In this document: in pieces, positions 28,198 to 40,000 of the stretch
How positions within the stretch are numbered: position 1 is the stretch's first letter
Layout of the letters: each line of letters begins with the position of its first letter
Virus record (IMG/VR): IMGVR_UViG_3300025120_000054
Coordinates: 1 to 58,836 of that record
From: a virus
Lineage: Duplodnaviria; Caudoviricetes
Direction: 5' to 3' (one strand)
Length of the DNA stretch: 58,836 nt
Translations under genes and position numbers: made by a program
The notes under the pieces: generated by a model
Databases searched by the model: none
Seen by the model: only the letters and a program-made list of their open reading frames with translations
Told to the model about the DNA's origin: nothing

Positions 28198-29088
28198 ATG
28201 GGAGCAGCAGCAGTAGCACAATTAGTACCATTGGTAGCAACTACAGGAATGAGTTTTTACCAAATGGCTCAAGCAAAAGAATCACAAAGAAAAGGACGTA
28301 AAAAGTTTAATAAAGGAGTTCAAAAGACTAGAGACCTTCTTGAGCAGAATGTAATGGAAGAGCTTAATGTTAATGATGAGGCTACTCGATTAAAGGGTCA
28401 GCAAAATCTTGCAGCACTTCAACAACTAAGTGACGTAACTGCCGGAGCAGGACAACGTGCAGTGTTAGGTGCAACACCTGGACTGATGACAGCCGCTGAT
28501 GCAGCCAATGAAGCAGAGCGAGCAAACCTACAGCAAAGACTTGAGGCTAGGCAAAAAGCTATATTAAGTCAAGATGAGGTTAATCGTGTAGGCAAGATGG
28601 ATTTAGAATTAGAACTTGCTGCTGTGGCAAAAGAACAGGAATTAGCTGCTGAAGCACAAAAGAATGAGATGATGGGGCAGGTTATAGGAGGTTTAGGTGA
28701 TATTGCTTCTGCCGGAATATCGTCCGCTGCTTTGTACAAAAAAGGAGGCAATGCTCGTAGGGCAGGTAGATTTGTTGACTCATTAGGAAAGGATCAGTTA
28801 GGTGGTTTATCTAGAGGTCAAGCGACTGATGCGATAATGGAACAAAACTATGACCGAGGAGTTATAAATAATGCTAGGCGTGGAGGCTTTGTTCCTGATG
28901 AAGATATATTCGCAAACTATAGAATGAACTTGGCTGGCGCAGCTGATCCATTGCTACAAACCACAGGTGTTTTAAGCAACACTGCATACAATCAATTAGG
29001 CGGCAACACAGGACAGCAACCTAACTCTTATGGGAGTGCATCTATGCAACAAGCAAATAATTACTTTCCTAGTTGGTTAAGACAATAA
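28198..29088 (+). CDS. Ejection/internal virion protein 1
   Basis: Ala/Gly/Gln-rich, hydrophobic N-terminus. Confidence 0.6.
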   Translation: MGAAAVAQLVPLVATTGMSFYQMAQAKESQRKGRKKFNKGVQKTRDLLEQNVMEELNVNDEATRLKGQQNLAALQQLSDVTAGAGQRAVLGATPGLMTAADAANEAERANLQQRLEARQKAILSQDEVNRVGKMDLELELAAVAKEQELAAEAQKNEMMGQVIGGLGDIASAGISSAALYKKGGNARRAGRFVDSLGKDQLGGLSRGQATDAIMEQNYDRGVINNARRGGFVPDEDIFANYRMNLAGAADPLLQTTGVLSNTAYNQLGGNTGQQPNSYGSASMQQANNYFPSWLRQ

Positions 29089-29098
29089 ACAAAACATA

Positions 29099-31009
29099 AT
29101 GGCAGATTTTTTTAAGTACGTTGGCAAGGCTGATAGAGGAATACAGGATTGGTCTAAGATAGGTAAAGACATTAGCGATGATCTTAAAGAGGTTATTGAT
29201 AAAAGGCAAGCTGAACGTGCTAGAATTGACAAGCTAACTTCTGATGCAATCAATGAGATTAATAATGTTCAGCTAGGTCAGAACAAAACTTTCAATCAGT
29301 TTATACTTAATGGATCGGGACAAACAAAAGAATTCTTGTTGATGCAAGAAAAACTTTTAAAGCAAGGAGTCTTAAAGCCACAAGAATATTTAAACTCTAG
29401 ACAAATAATTTCTGATGATTGGAAAAATTTAAGTGATGCATCCAAGTCTTTTAATGAGGACTATGCTGAGGCGATGACAAGATTACAAGATGGTAAGGCA
29501 GCAATGCAAGAGATGTATCAGAATGAGAAGTACGATGCGTTTATGAATGTGCAAGATAAGGATGTATTTGTAAATCCTGTAGATGGTAGAATTTATTTGA
29601 CAACAACCGATGGTGATGGTAACATTGAAAGAGACCCAGCATCTATGATGAATGTAAATGCAATCAACGCTAGGCGTAAGGACAAGATAAATAAGTTCAA
29701 CGTCCAAGCAGAGGTGCAAAAGGCAACAGGCGCATTAGGAGAGGTTGTAAAGGCTTTAAATGCCGATGGTGTCATTACTCGTGATGACAAGAGATTAAAT
29801 GAGTATTCTATGCTTATTGATGGTGTTGAGATGACATTTGCTGATGCCAAGAATGACATCATTGATTCATTGATGACATCTCCTCGTAACAATGCTAGTA
29901 TCCTTACCGATGATGTGGGGGGATACACATTTACAGAGGTGGAGTCTGAGGCTGGAGGCAAGGTGATATACCTAAAGGAGAATGGTATGGGTCTTCTAGA
30001 GCCACAACTTACTGACGAGCAGTTGGGTGTTGTAAGAAACAATCTTGACATGGAGATTGAGAAGCAGTTAGGATTTAAAGAGAAAAGTTCATACGAGGCA
30101 GACTTGCGTAAGAGAACTGCTGATGCTGATCGTGCAGAAAGAAGAGCTGCTAGAATAGCTAAAGAAGAAGATTTCTCTGACGTATATAGTTATGCTGTTG
30201 ACTTAGCATCGGGTGACTCTAAAGGTGTAAGAAGGGTAGTGCAGTCTTTAAAACAAACACACCCTCATTTAAGCTTTACTCCAAGCGAGGGGGACACTCC
30301 TGGTTGGGATGTATATAACAGTAAAACAGGTGTAGAAGATACGATTGAGATAGTTGATGGAGATGTTGCAGGATTTTCTGATGCATTATTTAATGTAATT
30401 GTAGGTGATCAAGGAGTCAAAGGAATACAAATAACTTCTAAAGCTAAAGATCAATATCTAAAAGGAAACACCTTACCTACTGATGTTGTCAAAGCTACGT
30501 CAGGGAGTACAAGAAAAAAGCTAGCAGTTATATCTGGAGGGGGTATTCCCTCTACAGGTGTTGAAGATGACAAAGGTAAACCTATTACTATAAGTGATGC
30601 TATTAATGAAAAGGGAGAAAAGAAAGGTTATAAATTAAAAACTCGTTCAGACTTTGAGAAAGCAGTTCACACTATGCAGTTACCTGCTGAATATAGAGCT
30701 ATTCAGAATAAAATACCTAAAGAGTTTAGATTTAGAGAGGTAGATGGAAAGATGATGATGTATTATCCAGGCCCAGGAGGCAAAAGATACCAGGCTGATG
30801 TCTCTTCTGATTCAGATCTTAGGGGTGATATGTTGAAGTATGTCAACGAGGGATTAAGGAATTTAATACTAAATGAAAACGCTCGTATAGATAAAATAAA
30901 TAACAGAGCAATGGGCAAGACATCATCCAAGAAAACTTTAGCTCAGTTAAAAAAAGAAAATCCTAATATGTCTGTTGCAGAATTGACAGCACTATTTAAA
31001 AACCAATAA
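29099..31009 (+). CDS. Ejection/internal virion protein 2
   Basis: DWSKIG N-terminal motif, helical, position. Confidence 0.6.
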   Translation: MADFFKYVGKADRGIQDWSKIGKDISDDLKEVIDKRQAERARIDKLTSDAINEINNVQLGQNKTFNQFILNGSGQTKEFLLMQEKLLKQGVLKPQEYLNSRQIISDDWKNLSDASKSFNEDYAEAMTRLQDGKAAMQEMYQNEKYDAFMNVQDKDVFVNPVDGRIYLTTTDGDGNIERDPASMMNVNAINARRKDKINKFNVQAEVQKATGALGEVVKALNADGVITRDDKRLNEYSMLIDGVEMTFADAKNDIIDSLMTSPRNNASILTDDVGGYTFTEVESEAGGKVIYLKENGMGLLEPQLTDEQLGVVRNNLDMEIEKQLGFKEKSSYEADLRKRTADADRAERRAARIAKEEDFSDVYSYAVDLASGDSKGVRRVVQSLKQTHPHLSFTPSEGDTPGWDVYNSKTGVEDTIEIVDGDVAGFSDALFNVIVGDQGVKGIQITSKAKDQYLKGNTLPTDVVKATSGSTRKKLAVISGGGIPSTGVEDDKGKPITISDAINEKGEKKGYKLKTRSDFEKAVHTMQLPAEYRAIQNKIPKEFRFREVDGKMMMYYPGPGGKRYQADVSSDSDLRGDMLKYVNEGLRNLILNENARIDKINNRAMGKTSSKKTLAQLKKENPNMSVAELTALFKNQ

Positions 31010-31021
31010 AGCAATAACTAT

Positions 31022-34000
31022 ATGTTTGAAGTAAAAGACCTTTACGATTTAACTTTACCAGGCGCATTTGCTTCGGCAGAAGAGTGGGTACAGTTTTCAT
31101 CATCTGCTAGTCCTGAAGACTTATATAGTTTATTGCAAGATGGTGCATTTAGTTCAGTAGAGGAATTTCAACAGCAAGTTAATTTTGGAGCATCTCCTGT
31201 AAAAAAAAAAGAAGATACGGTATCCGTATTGGAGGATGGTTCTTCGGGCTTACAAGAGCCTAGTGTTCAGGTTGAGGAAGAGCAGATTGACTTTGATCCT
31301 ATTGCAGGAGTAACAGCAATAGAAGAAACAGGGGTGCTACCCACACCACCACCACGAGATTTTACACAGCCTTTCTTAGGCCCGGTTGGAATGGACGATC
31401 CTATGTCCGTTGAGGAGCAACAGGAATTATTAAATAGATATTCTGGAGTAGAGCCTGAGAAACCTAAGCCTACAATGGTAGAGGAGGAGAGCGTTATTCA
31501 ATCTCCTTTTGGTTCACGAATGGGAGGAGGGAAACTAAAACTTCCGTCTAAAGAAGTAACTCAAAAGTACGAGCAAGAAAAAACAAAGCGAGATTTAACT
31601 AGAGATAAAGATAGAAAGATTGGATATGTCTTAAACAATTTAGATGAGAATGAAGGCGTAGCATTATTTCAAAATCTAGCATCGACACGAGGAGAGATTG
31701 CAGATGAGGAACTACAACAAATGGTAGATGTAGTTGATAAAAAAATAATAGACAACTACGGTCAAGAGGAGTATAACCTTGTTCAAAAGATTGGAGGGAA
31801 TGTAACACCTGAAGATTTATTTTATGGAGGCAACATAAGCACTTCGCCATCAGTTGTTGATAACTTAATTGTTGAAGGCGATGAGACTGCTACAGTAACG
31901 AACTTAAACAATGAGTTTGATGGAACACCATTTACTTTTTCAGAAGCTATATGGGGGTCAGATGCATTGGAGGTTAACGTGACAGATGGTGATGGCAGGG
32001 TTATAAATAGTAAAATTGTACGGATAGATGATGCTGCTAAAGCGAGCCAACAGCTAAGAGATTTTATGGCAAAGACCAATCTCTCAAAGGGTAATAAAGA
32101 ATTTTTGAATGAAGGTAAAATTAATGGTAAAGACATTAAAAAACTTTCAAGCGAGGAACAGAGTTTAGCCGAGTATAAGTATATGTTAGAGAACAAAGAT
32201 AAGTTCTCCGCAGGTAAGGGTACAGGATTTAGTATGGATGCAAATGCCATCATGCGTTTCGTGGAAGACAACCCTAACTTCTTTCCTCCTGAAGAATTGC
32301 AAAGCATAAAGCTACAACTTGATGAAGCATTGGCAGACCAATACAAAGAAGATGAGCAACTAGAAGGTTCATTTTTTGGTTCATTGGGGGAGTCTTTTGT
32401 TAAAGGCTTAATGCAGACTCCTAAGTTTGCCACTAACCTTGCGATTGATATAGGAGGGGCTTTGATGCCTAGTATGTTTATACCTGCTAATCCAAATAGT
32501 GCTATAAACTTTGACAAGAATGGTAATCGATTGTCGGATAGTGAGATTGTAGACAGAGTCAAAAAGCGAGCAAAAAGAGATATGATAGCCGCAATGGACA
32601 ACGCTGTTGAATCATCCTTTACTGGTACTACCCAAGCGTGGATGAATAGTGAGGAGAGAAATGATTATGCAAAAGCATTAAACTTTTTGTTTGAAAGTCT
32701 TGGAGTTGTGGCTTCTACAGGTGGTAGATTTTTAAAAGTAAAGCCTGGGATGACAGCGAAACAGATAGCAGCTATACAAAAAACTGCTAAAACACGAAAT
32801 GCTTTAGCGTTCTTTGCATATGCCGCCAATGGTATCGAAGATGAAATGGCAGGTACTGAATACGATGAATTGTCTGAGTGGAAAAAGAAACTTATATCAT
32901 TTCCATATGGAGTAATGATTGGTGCTTTAGAAAATTTAGGATGGGAGGCATCAACAGGTGCGTTTGGAAATAAGGTGTTCGACAAGATTTCTAGAAATAT
33001 AATCAGTAAGGCGTTAAAGAGTGTCCCTAAAGATGCATCTGAAGAAGTTATTAAAACAGCAATAGAAAATAGCACTAGGGCAGCAATAGCAGATGGTACA
33101 ATTAAAATTATTAGTGGTGCTTTAAGTGAAGGATTTGTTGAAGGAACTCAAGAGTTTGGCGATGTTGGTTTAAAGAATATAGTCAATGGTATGATGGAGA
33201 AGGATTACTTTGCTGACGCTCCTGATTTAACTACACTAAAAGGAGTGAGAGAAACTTATGATCAAGCAAAAGAGTCTGGGTATTATGGCTTTATGGCAGG
33301 TTCTGGTGCAGCAGGTGGTGGAGGCTTGATTCAATCAGGTAAAAAAGCATTGCGAAGAGATGCTGACATCCGAGAGTATAATGAGCGAAAGGAGGCACAT
33401 ACCAACGAGACTCAAAGAAACAAATTAATTTATAATATTACTAACGCACAAAGACAGGGACAATTAACTGCCGAACAAGCAGAGGCTGCAAAAGAAAAAG
33501 TTCTTGAGGATGCTGCTACCTTTGAACAGATACCTAATGAGGGGCTATCTAATAAAAATAAATTAGAATCATTTGATTTAATTACTGAAAGAAACAATCT
33601 AGAGAAAGAGATTGCCGGAAAGAATGAAGAGCTTGTTACGAAACAGAAGGATCGTATACGAGATATTAATGCACAACTAACAATAATAGGAACACAAGAT
33701 GCCACTACAGAGCAAGAATCAAGCGACTTGGATGAGGATCAACAAGCCTCAGATGTACAAGGAATGGAGGAAGGAACACCCCAACCAGAACCTGAGCAAG
33801 TTACCGCTGAAGAAGTTGAAGTCAAAGAAGAATTAAAACCTACCGAGGAACAACGTGAGAAGCTAGAGAAGAAGGCAGTACGAGAGTTAAAGAGAGAGAA
33901 TCGTCAGACTAGAAGAAAAGGATTTAAGGGGGATAGAGTTAAAGGTACTCGTAAGAAGTATGAGCCTACTCAAAAAGATATTGATGCTAGAGTTGATGAG

Positions 34001-37000
34001 TTATTTCAAGCACAGCAACAAGAAGACCAAGAGGTATTAGACCTTGAGGCTGCGATTGAGGGTGAGGTCAAAGAGGGTAGGGTATTGCCTAGCGAGACTA
34101 CTGCTGTTGAAGAAGTAACTACTGAGGAAGCACCTGTAGCTGAGACAGTGGTTGAGGAAGAGGTGACTACCGAGGAAGCACCTGTTGCTGAAGAGGAGAA
34201 AAAAATAGTAGATGGGGAAGTAGGTGATACATTTAAAAGTAATAGGGGTACAGAAGTTATTGTTAAGAAAACTAAAAACAACATTATAACTCAAAGCAAA
34301 ACTGAAATGATTGACCCTGCCAATCAAAAAGATTTTGGGTTAAAAAACGTCACTAAAATTTATGAGCAGATTTATGGTGACAAAATGAATGAAACTAATT
34401 CTGTTCCAAAACTTAATGTATATTCAAACACATCGATAGTTACTGGTAAAAAAATAAGCAAACAGCGAGAAGAAACTCCTACAAAGAAAGCACCCACCAA
34501 GACAAAGGTTGATGGTGTAGTGATGAGCGATAAGAAGCGAAGCAAGAAGGAGCAGGCTCTTGTAGACAGAGCCAAGCGAGCTGCTAAGTCATTGACAAAG
34601 ATTGGTGAGGGAGGTGTAACCGTAGAGGTGCATGATGACACCGATAGCTTTAAGAACGTTACAGGGCAAGATGGGCGTGGTGCATACGACAAGACTAGCA
34701 ACACAATCCATATCAACTTATCCAAGGCTAACAATACCACCGTTGCACACGAGGCGTTTCACGCAGTGCTACTACAGAGGGTAAGTAATACCGCTGATGT
34801 AACCAAGACAATGTTCGATGCTGTGCGTAAGGCAGGTAAGGGAGACACGAGAGTGATGGAGTACACCACTACTAAAGTGGTTGATGGAAAGACTGAGACT
34901 GTGACTGAAACCTCTACAGTTGAGGAGTACTTAGAAGACTTTGCTAGCAAATATGAGGAGAACATTCAAGACGAAGAGAAGCTCGCTGAGTTGACAGGTC
35001 TACTCGCCTCAAGTTATGTTAACCTTGCACCTGCACCGAAGTCAAAGGTGCGTCAATGGGTGGACAAGGTGATGACTCCTATCGCAAAAAGACTAGGTAT
35101 AAAGGTTGAAGAGTTTACCGATACTGATCAGGGCGTTGTTGATTTGTTGAATGCAATCTCTGCCAAGGTAACAATAGGTGAAGAGATTCAAGAGGGAGAT
35201 GTTAAGGTGCTTGAGGAGATAGAGACTAAACCTGAGACCAAGAAGAAAGGTAAGACAAAGAAAATAAGCTGGACTAAAAAGCAATCTAAGCCACAGGGGG
35301 AGTCAACTCAAAAAACAAAAGAGGTTCAAGCAAAGATAAGAGACTTGGTTAAAAGGTATGAGGGTGGTGAGATTACCATTGAGGAATACAATAAGCAAGC
35401 CGATGATATCATTCCTGTTAAAATGAAGGAAGTGTTTGTCGATCCCGTAACACAAGAGGAACTGATGGTTGGTTTGAAATCTAAAAACACTCAAACAAAT
35501 TCTCCTATAAAAGAAGGCGCGGATGTAAGTCTTAGAATAGACATACCATTTATGAAGCGTACAGGAAAGGCTTCGGTTACAATACACGAAAGAAAAAGTC
35601 CAAAAGATATAACAGGTCGTGTGCTTTCTTATAGAGGCTCTGCTGTTATAAAGGATGTAGAGTTCTTGGTTAATCCAAAGCAATCACTTGCATTTGCTAC
35701 AGATAATAAAGTACACAAGAGTAGTAACTTAGGACGAATGGGTGGTAAGTTAGTTGACATTGGTAAGACTATTGAGGAGCAGAACGAGGCGGCTAAGAAG
35801 TTATCTCAACAAGCAATTGACGAAGGGTGGACACAGGTTGGTATTAACCCTGCAAAACATTCATACTTCTATGACCGATCCACCGGGAAACCTTTGAAGA
35901 GTGCTGACAGAGTTGTTCAGGTAGGAGACCTCATCTATGCAGAGAATGCTAAGACCACTACAGTATATGACGATAGATTTATTGTCAAGGGCAAGACCGA
36001 TAAGAAGGGAGACCCACTACGTTTCCAGAAGGAGGGGGTGAGTGTTAGTGAGGACGCACAGACAGATCCTGAAGAGCAAGGAGAGGGTGGTGAAGTAGGT
36101 ACTATTAGACTACAAAAAGCAAACATACAATTCAAACCAGCTCCAGGAATAGGGACAGACACAAGATCATTTGCAAAATTCTATGAGGAAAAAAGCCTGA
36201 GAGATTTTAATGGTAAGAAGTTTGTGACTAATATGTATGACTTTACCAACGCTGGAGAAGTGGATTTGGGGAATGGATATGTTATTAATCTATGGGGTGG
36301 TAAAAGTTATGTCCCATATATGTTAGAAAAAAGAGGTAAGAATTTAGGAGAGGTTTCTAATCTTGCTGCTTTTAATACAAAAGAACAGGCTGAAACTTTT
36401 ATCAGAAATTCTAAAGAAGAAAATGCTTCTTTGTTCATACCACACTCTGGTACTACTGAAGGTTCATGGCAGTTTCAGCAATCAATATTTCAAGAGCTTA
36501 CAAATTTAGCACTAGACAAAAAGATTCTAAGCAAAAAACAATTAATATCATTGTTTAATGAATCTATTAAAAGTAAGGATGGTAAGAAAGCGTTTAAAAC
36601 TTTTGTAGAGAACTACAATAAGAAGAGAGAAAAAGAAGGAAAGAAACCAAAAAATATAAGAAACTTTAATTCTTTTATAACTAATCCTAAAGAAATAATT
36701 GAACTGCTTGACATAGAAAACAATATGTCTCCAGACTTAAGAAAGATTTTAAACTCTAAGTTTTCTACAAACAAAGCATTTAAAAAAGCGTTAGGTGTGA
36801 ATAACGCTGTTGACTTTGCATTAAGAATGGAAGACCCGTTGAATAATGGTATATCGGGGGGAGACCTTATGGGTATAATTGAGTTCGATAATACTTCTTT
36901 TAAAATAAGAAAGCCTAACAAGAACGACCCTGATTATCATCCATCGTTTGCATATACTGTTGAGGCAAAGATAAAGGGAGTGTATCAACCTACAGAGTTT

Positions 37001-40000
37001 TATAAGTCTAATGAAGTTACTGATTCCTATACAAAAAACAATAAGGATGGCACGAAGGTGTCAAGAAAAACTGACTTTACTTTAGAAGAGTATGAGCTAG
37101 CTAAAAAAGGTATTACTATTAATGATGAAGGCAAGAAAGTTAAAATGAAATCAGGGCCATTCAAAGGTACACTAGAAGAGTTTCAGGAAATGAAATTTGA
37201 AAAGGCTAATGTATCTAGTAGTGCTGGTTCAATACCAAAGGTAGCAGAGTTGTCAGAGACTGCGATGCGAGAGCAGAAGAGTCTGATGCAGATAGGTAGG
37301 TATTACAATGCCAACAACCAAGGGTTCTTCCCGTCACAAGTAAATTCATATCAACTCAAGAGAGACTTGGAGCAGATAGGATTTGGTTTGAAGCGTGCAA
37401 AGAATGGAGCGTACTACGCCACAAGAGGAGGACGTAAAGTAAATCCATTCCCACCTGAGCCAAGTAGATATAGATTCCAAAGAGATGACATTGGTATCGT
37501 AGAAGAAAAGAGTTTTACAAGTAAGAACACCGTAGCAGATATCATCATTGCTGCTAGAAGAGAAGGGTTCAAAGATAAAGCCATTAGATTCTATATACTA
37601 AAGAGGCGATCAGATATCAAGGAGGAGAATGGTAAGCCTTTGCGAGCGAAGACTGTAGATGATATGCTTAGACTACCTGCAAATATATTAGAGAATGTTC
37701 CGGATAGTTTCAAGGAGATTGAAGGTGGAGCAGCAGCAGGTCTAAGGTTGTATCAAAAGGTTGAGCAACTTAGAGATAAACTTCTTGCCGCCAACGCTAG
37801 AATAAAATCTCCTAAGTTGTCTGACGCTGGTATCAAACAAAAGATAAAGGAGAAGAGAGAGGAGTTAAAAAAGAAAAAACTTTCAGACGAGCAACTCGCC
37901 AAAGAGTTAGATGCTTTCACTAAAAGAGAATACAAGAACAACAAAGCTCGTAAAGAGATGAAGACCGAGAGTGAAATCATGGATGAGGTTATTGAGTTCT
38001 TAGAGAAACAACCTGAGTACATCGAAGCTGGTGACAAGGGTAAGAAGACACCATCTCTACTTCAGTCTAAGATGCAAGCAGAACTTCAAGCAACGATTGC
38101 CTTCCGACCCTCTAGAGAGGTGGCTCAGAATCTTTCTAAGTTAAAGAATAGAGCAAGAGCAATGGATAAGGCAGGTAGAGACCTTCAAGAAATAAAGCGC
38201 CAGCTTAGAGCAACACTTCGTAAGTCACTGCCAAAGGCTGAGTACTCTAAGCCAGAGGTGATGAGACTTATAAGTGAGATTGCAAAAGTAGATGCAAGTA
38301 ATTTACAAGACGTAATTGGAGAGATAGAAAGTCTTATTGTTAAAAAGAACGTACAAATACTAGAGGCTCAGATAGACAAGCTATTAGGGACTAAGGTTGC
38401 TAAGAGTGAGGCTGGAAGACGTAAGGGTAAGTTTGGATATGATGAAGCGGCTAGACTCGAAGCGATCAATAACAATATCGTCAAGAATAAAGATGTTGAT
38501 GGTAAGGTAGTTAAGTATACTGCTGAAGAAATCATGGAGAAAAATGAAACACTTCGAAAAGAGTTTAATGAACTGATGCGTAACCCTGACGGATTAAGCA
38601 CAGAGAATATAAATAAGCTCACCGATCTTCAGATAGCAATCAACATCAACAGTGCCAATCTAATGAAGGCAGAGTTGGCGAAGAAGGAAAGAATCAGTCC
38701 TAACATCATTGCACCATTGGTGTCAGCACAAGAGTCACTACAAGAATTAATCGAAGAGGGTCGCTCTAAATTTAAAGCAGAACTTCAAGAGGCGCATGAA
38801 GAATACCAACGTCAGTTTGCTGTGCTTTGGGAAGAGATGACAGGACAAAAGTTAGATATGTCTGACCCTGAAGTTCAGAAAACAATCAACGAAAAAATTA
38901 AAGAAAAAGAAAGTAGAGAAAGTATTAACGCTAAGAAGACTAAGTTTAGACAAAAAGTTATTAGTATTGCTGACTCTATAGGATTAGGTTTTAATAAGGC
39001 TGAAGCATTGTTTGGTTTAATGGATAAGATATCTATTATGCCAGGTGATTTAGCAGGTGGGCGTATTCAAGAAGAGATTACTGATAGGGTTAATGAATCT
39101 AGTAGGATTTATAAAGGTAGGATGTTAGTTCAAGAAGAGAACCTTGAGGATAAGATGAAAGAAATATTTGGTAAAAAGTGGAGAAAGAAAACTACTGAGT
39201 TTAACAAACTAACAATTCCATTTAAGACTTCAAATAAAAATGAAACCATATCTCAAAACCAATTAGCGTACTTATACAATCAGTATAAAGACCCGGCTAA
39301 TGCAGGTTCATTTAAAACAATGTTCGGAGAAAACTATGAGCAAGAAATGGATAAGCTCATATCAAAGTTAGATCCTCAATTAAAAGAGTGGGCAGACTGG
39401 CAGGTTGATGAATTCTTTCCATCAGTTTATGAGTACTATAATGACACATACAGAAAGATATATCGAACTGATATGCCATGGAATCAATTCTATGCAGGTA
39501 GAATATATAGAGACGGTATAGTAGATGAGCCATTAGACTTGTTAGCAAACGCTTCAATACTTAGAACCTCAGTAGGTGCAGCTTCGACATTAGAAAGAAA
39601 GAAGAATACAAACCCCATCACTGCAATGAATATCAATAATGCTTTGACAAGTTATGTTCAGGACATGGAATACTTTGCGGCATACGCAGAAACAATCAGA
39701 GATATTGATAAGATGTTTACGAATAAAAATACTACAGAATTTTTAAAGAGTAGATATGGTAATGATATAAATGATTTGATTAAGAACTCAATTCAAAAAA
39801 TCGCAGGTAAAGGGCCACAGAAATTCAAGATGGCTCGGTTCATAAATTGGAGTACCAATGCGTACATATTATCTAAACTAGCAATTAATCCTGTTGTATT
39901 TATAAAGCAGCTTACATCTATACTTACATATGCTAATGACATTGGTTATGCAAATTGGATTAGATACTCTAAAATTGGAGACACAATCGCAGGTGAACGT

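Noticed and set aside
31599-39557. Many antisense ORFs inside the giant gene and other long genes
   Set aside because: Shadow frames of strongly biased coding strands, with no motifs or promoters
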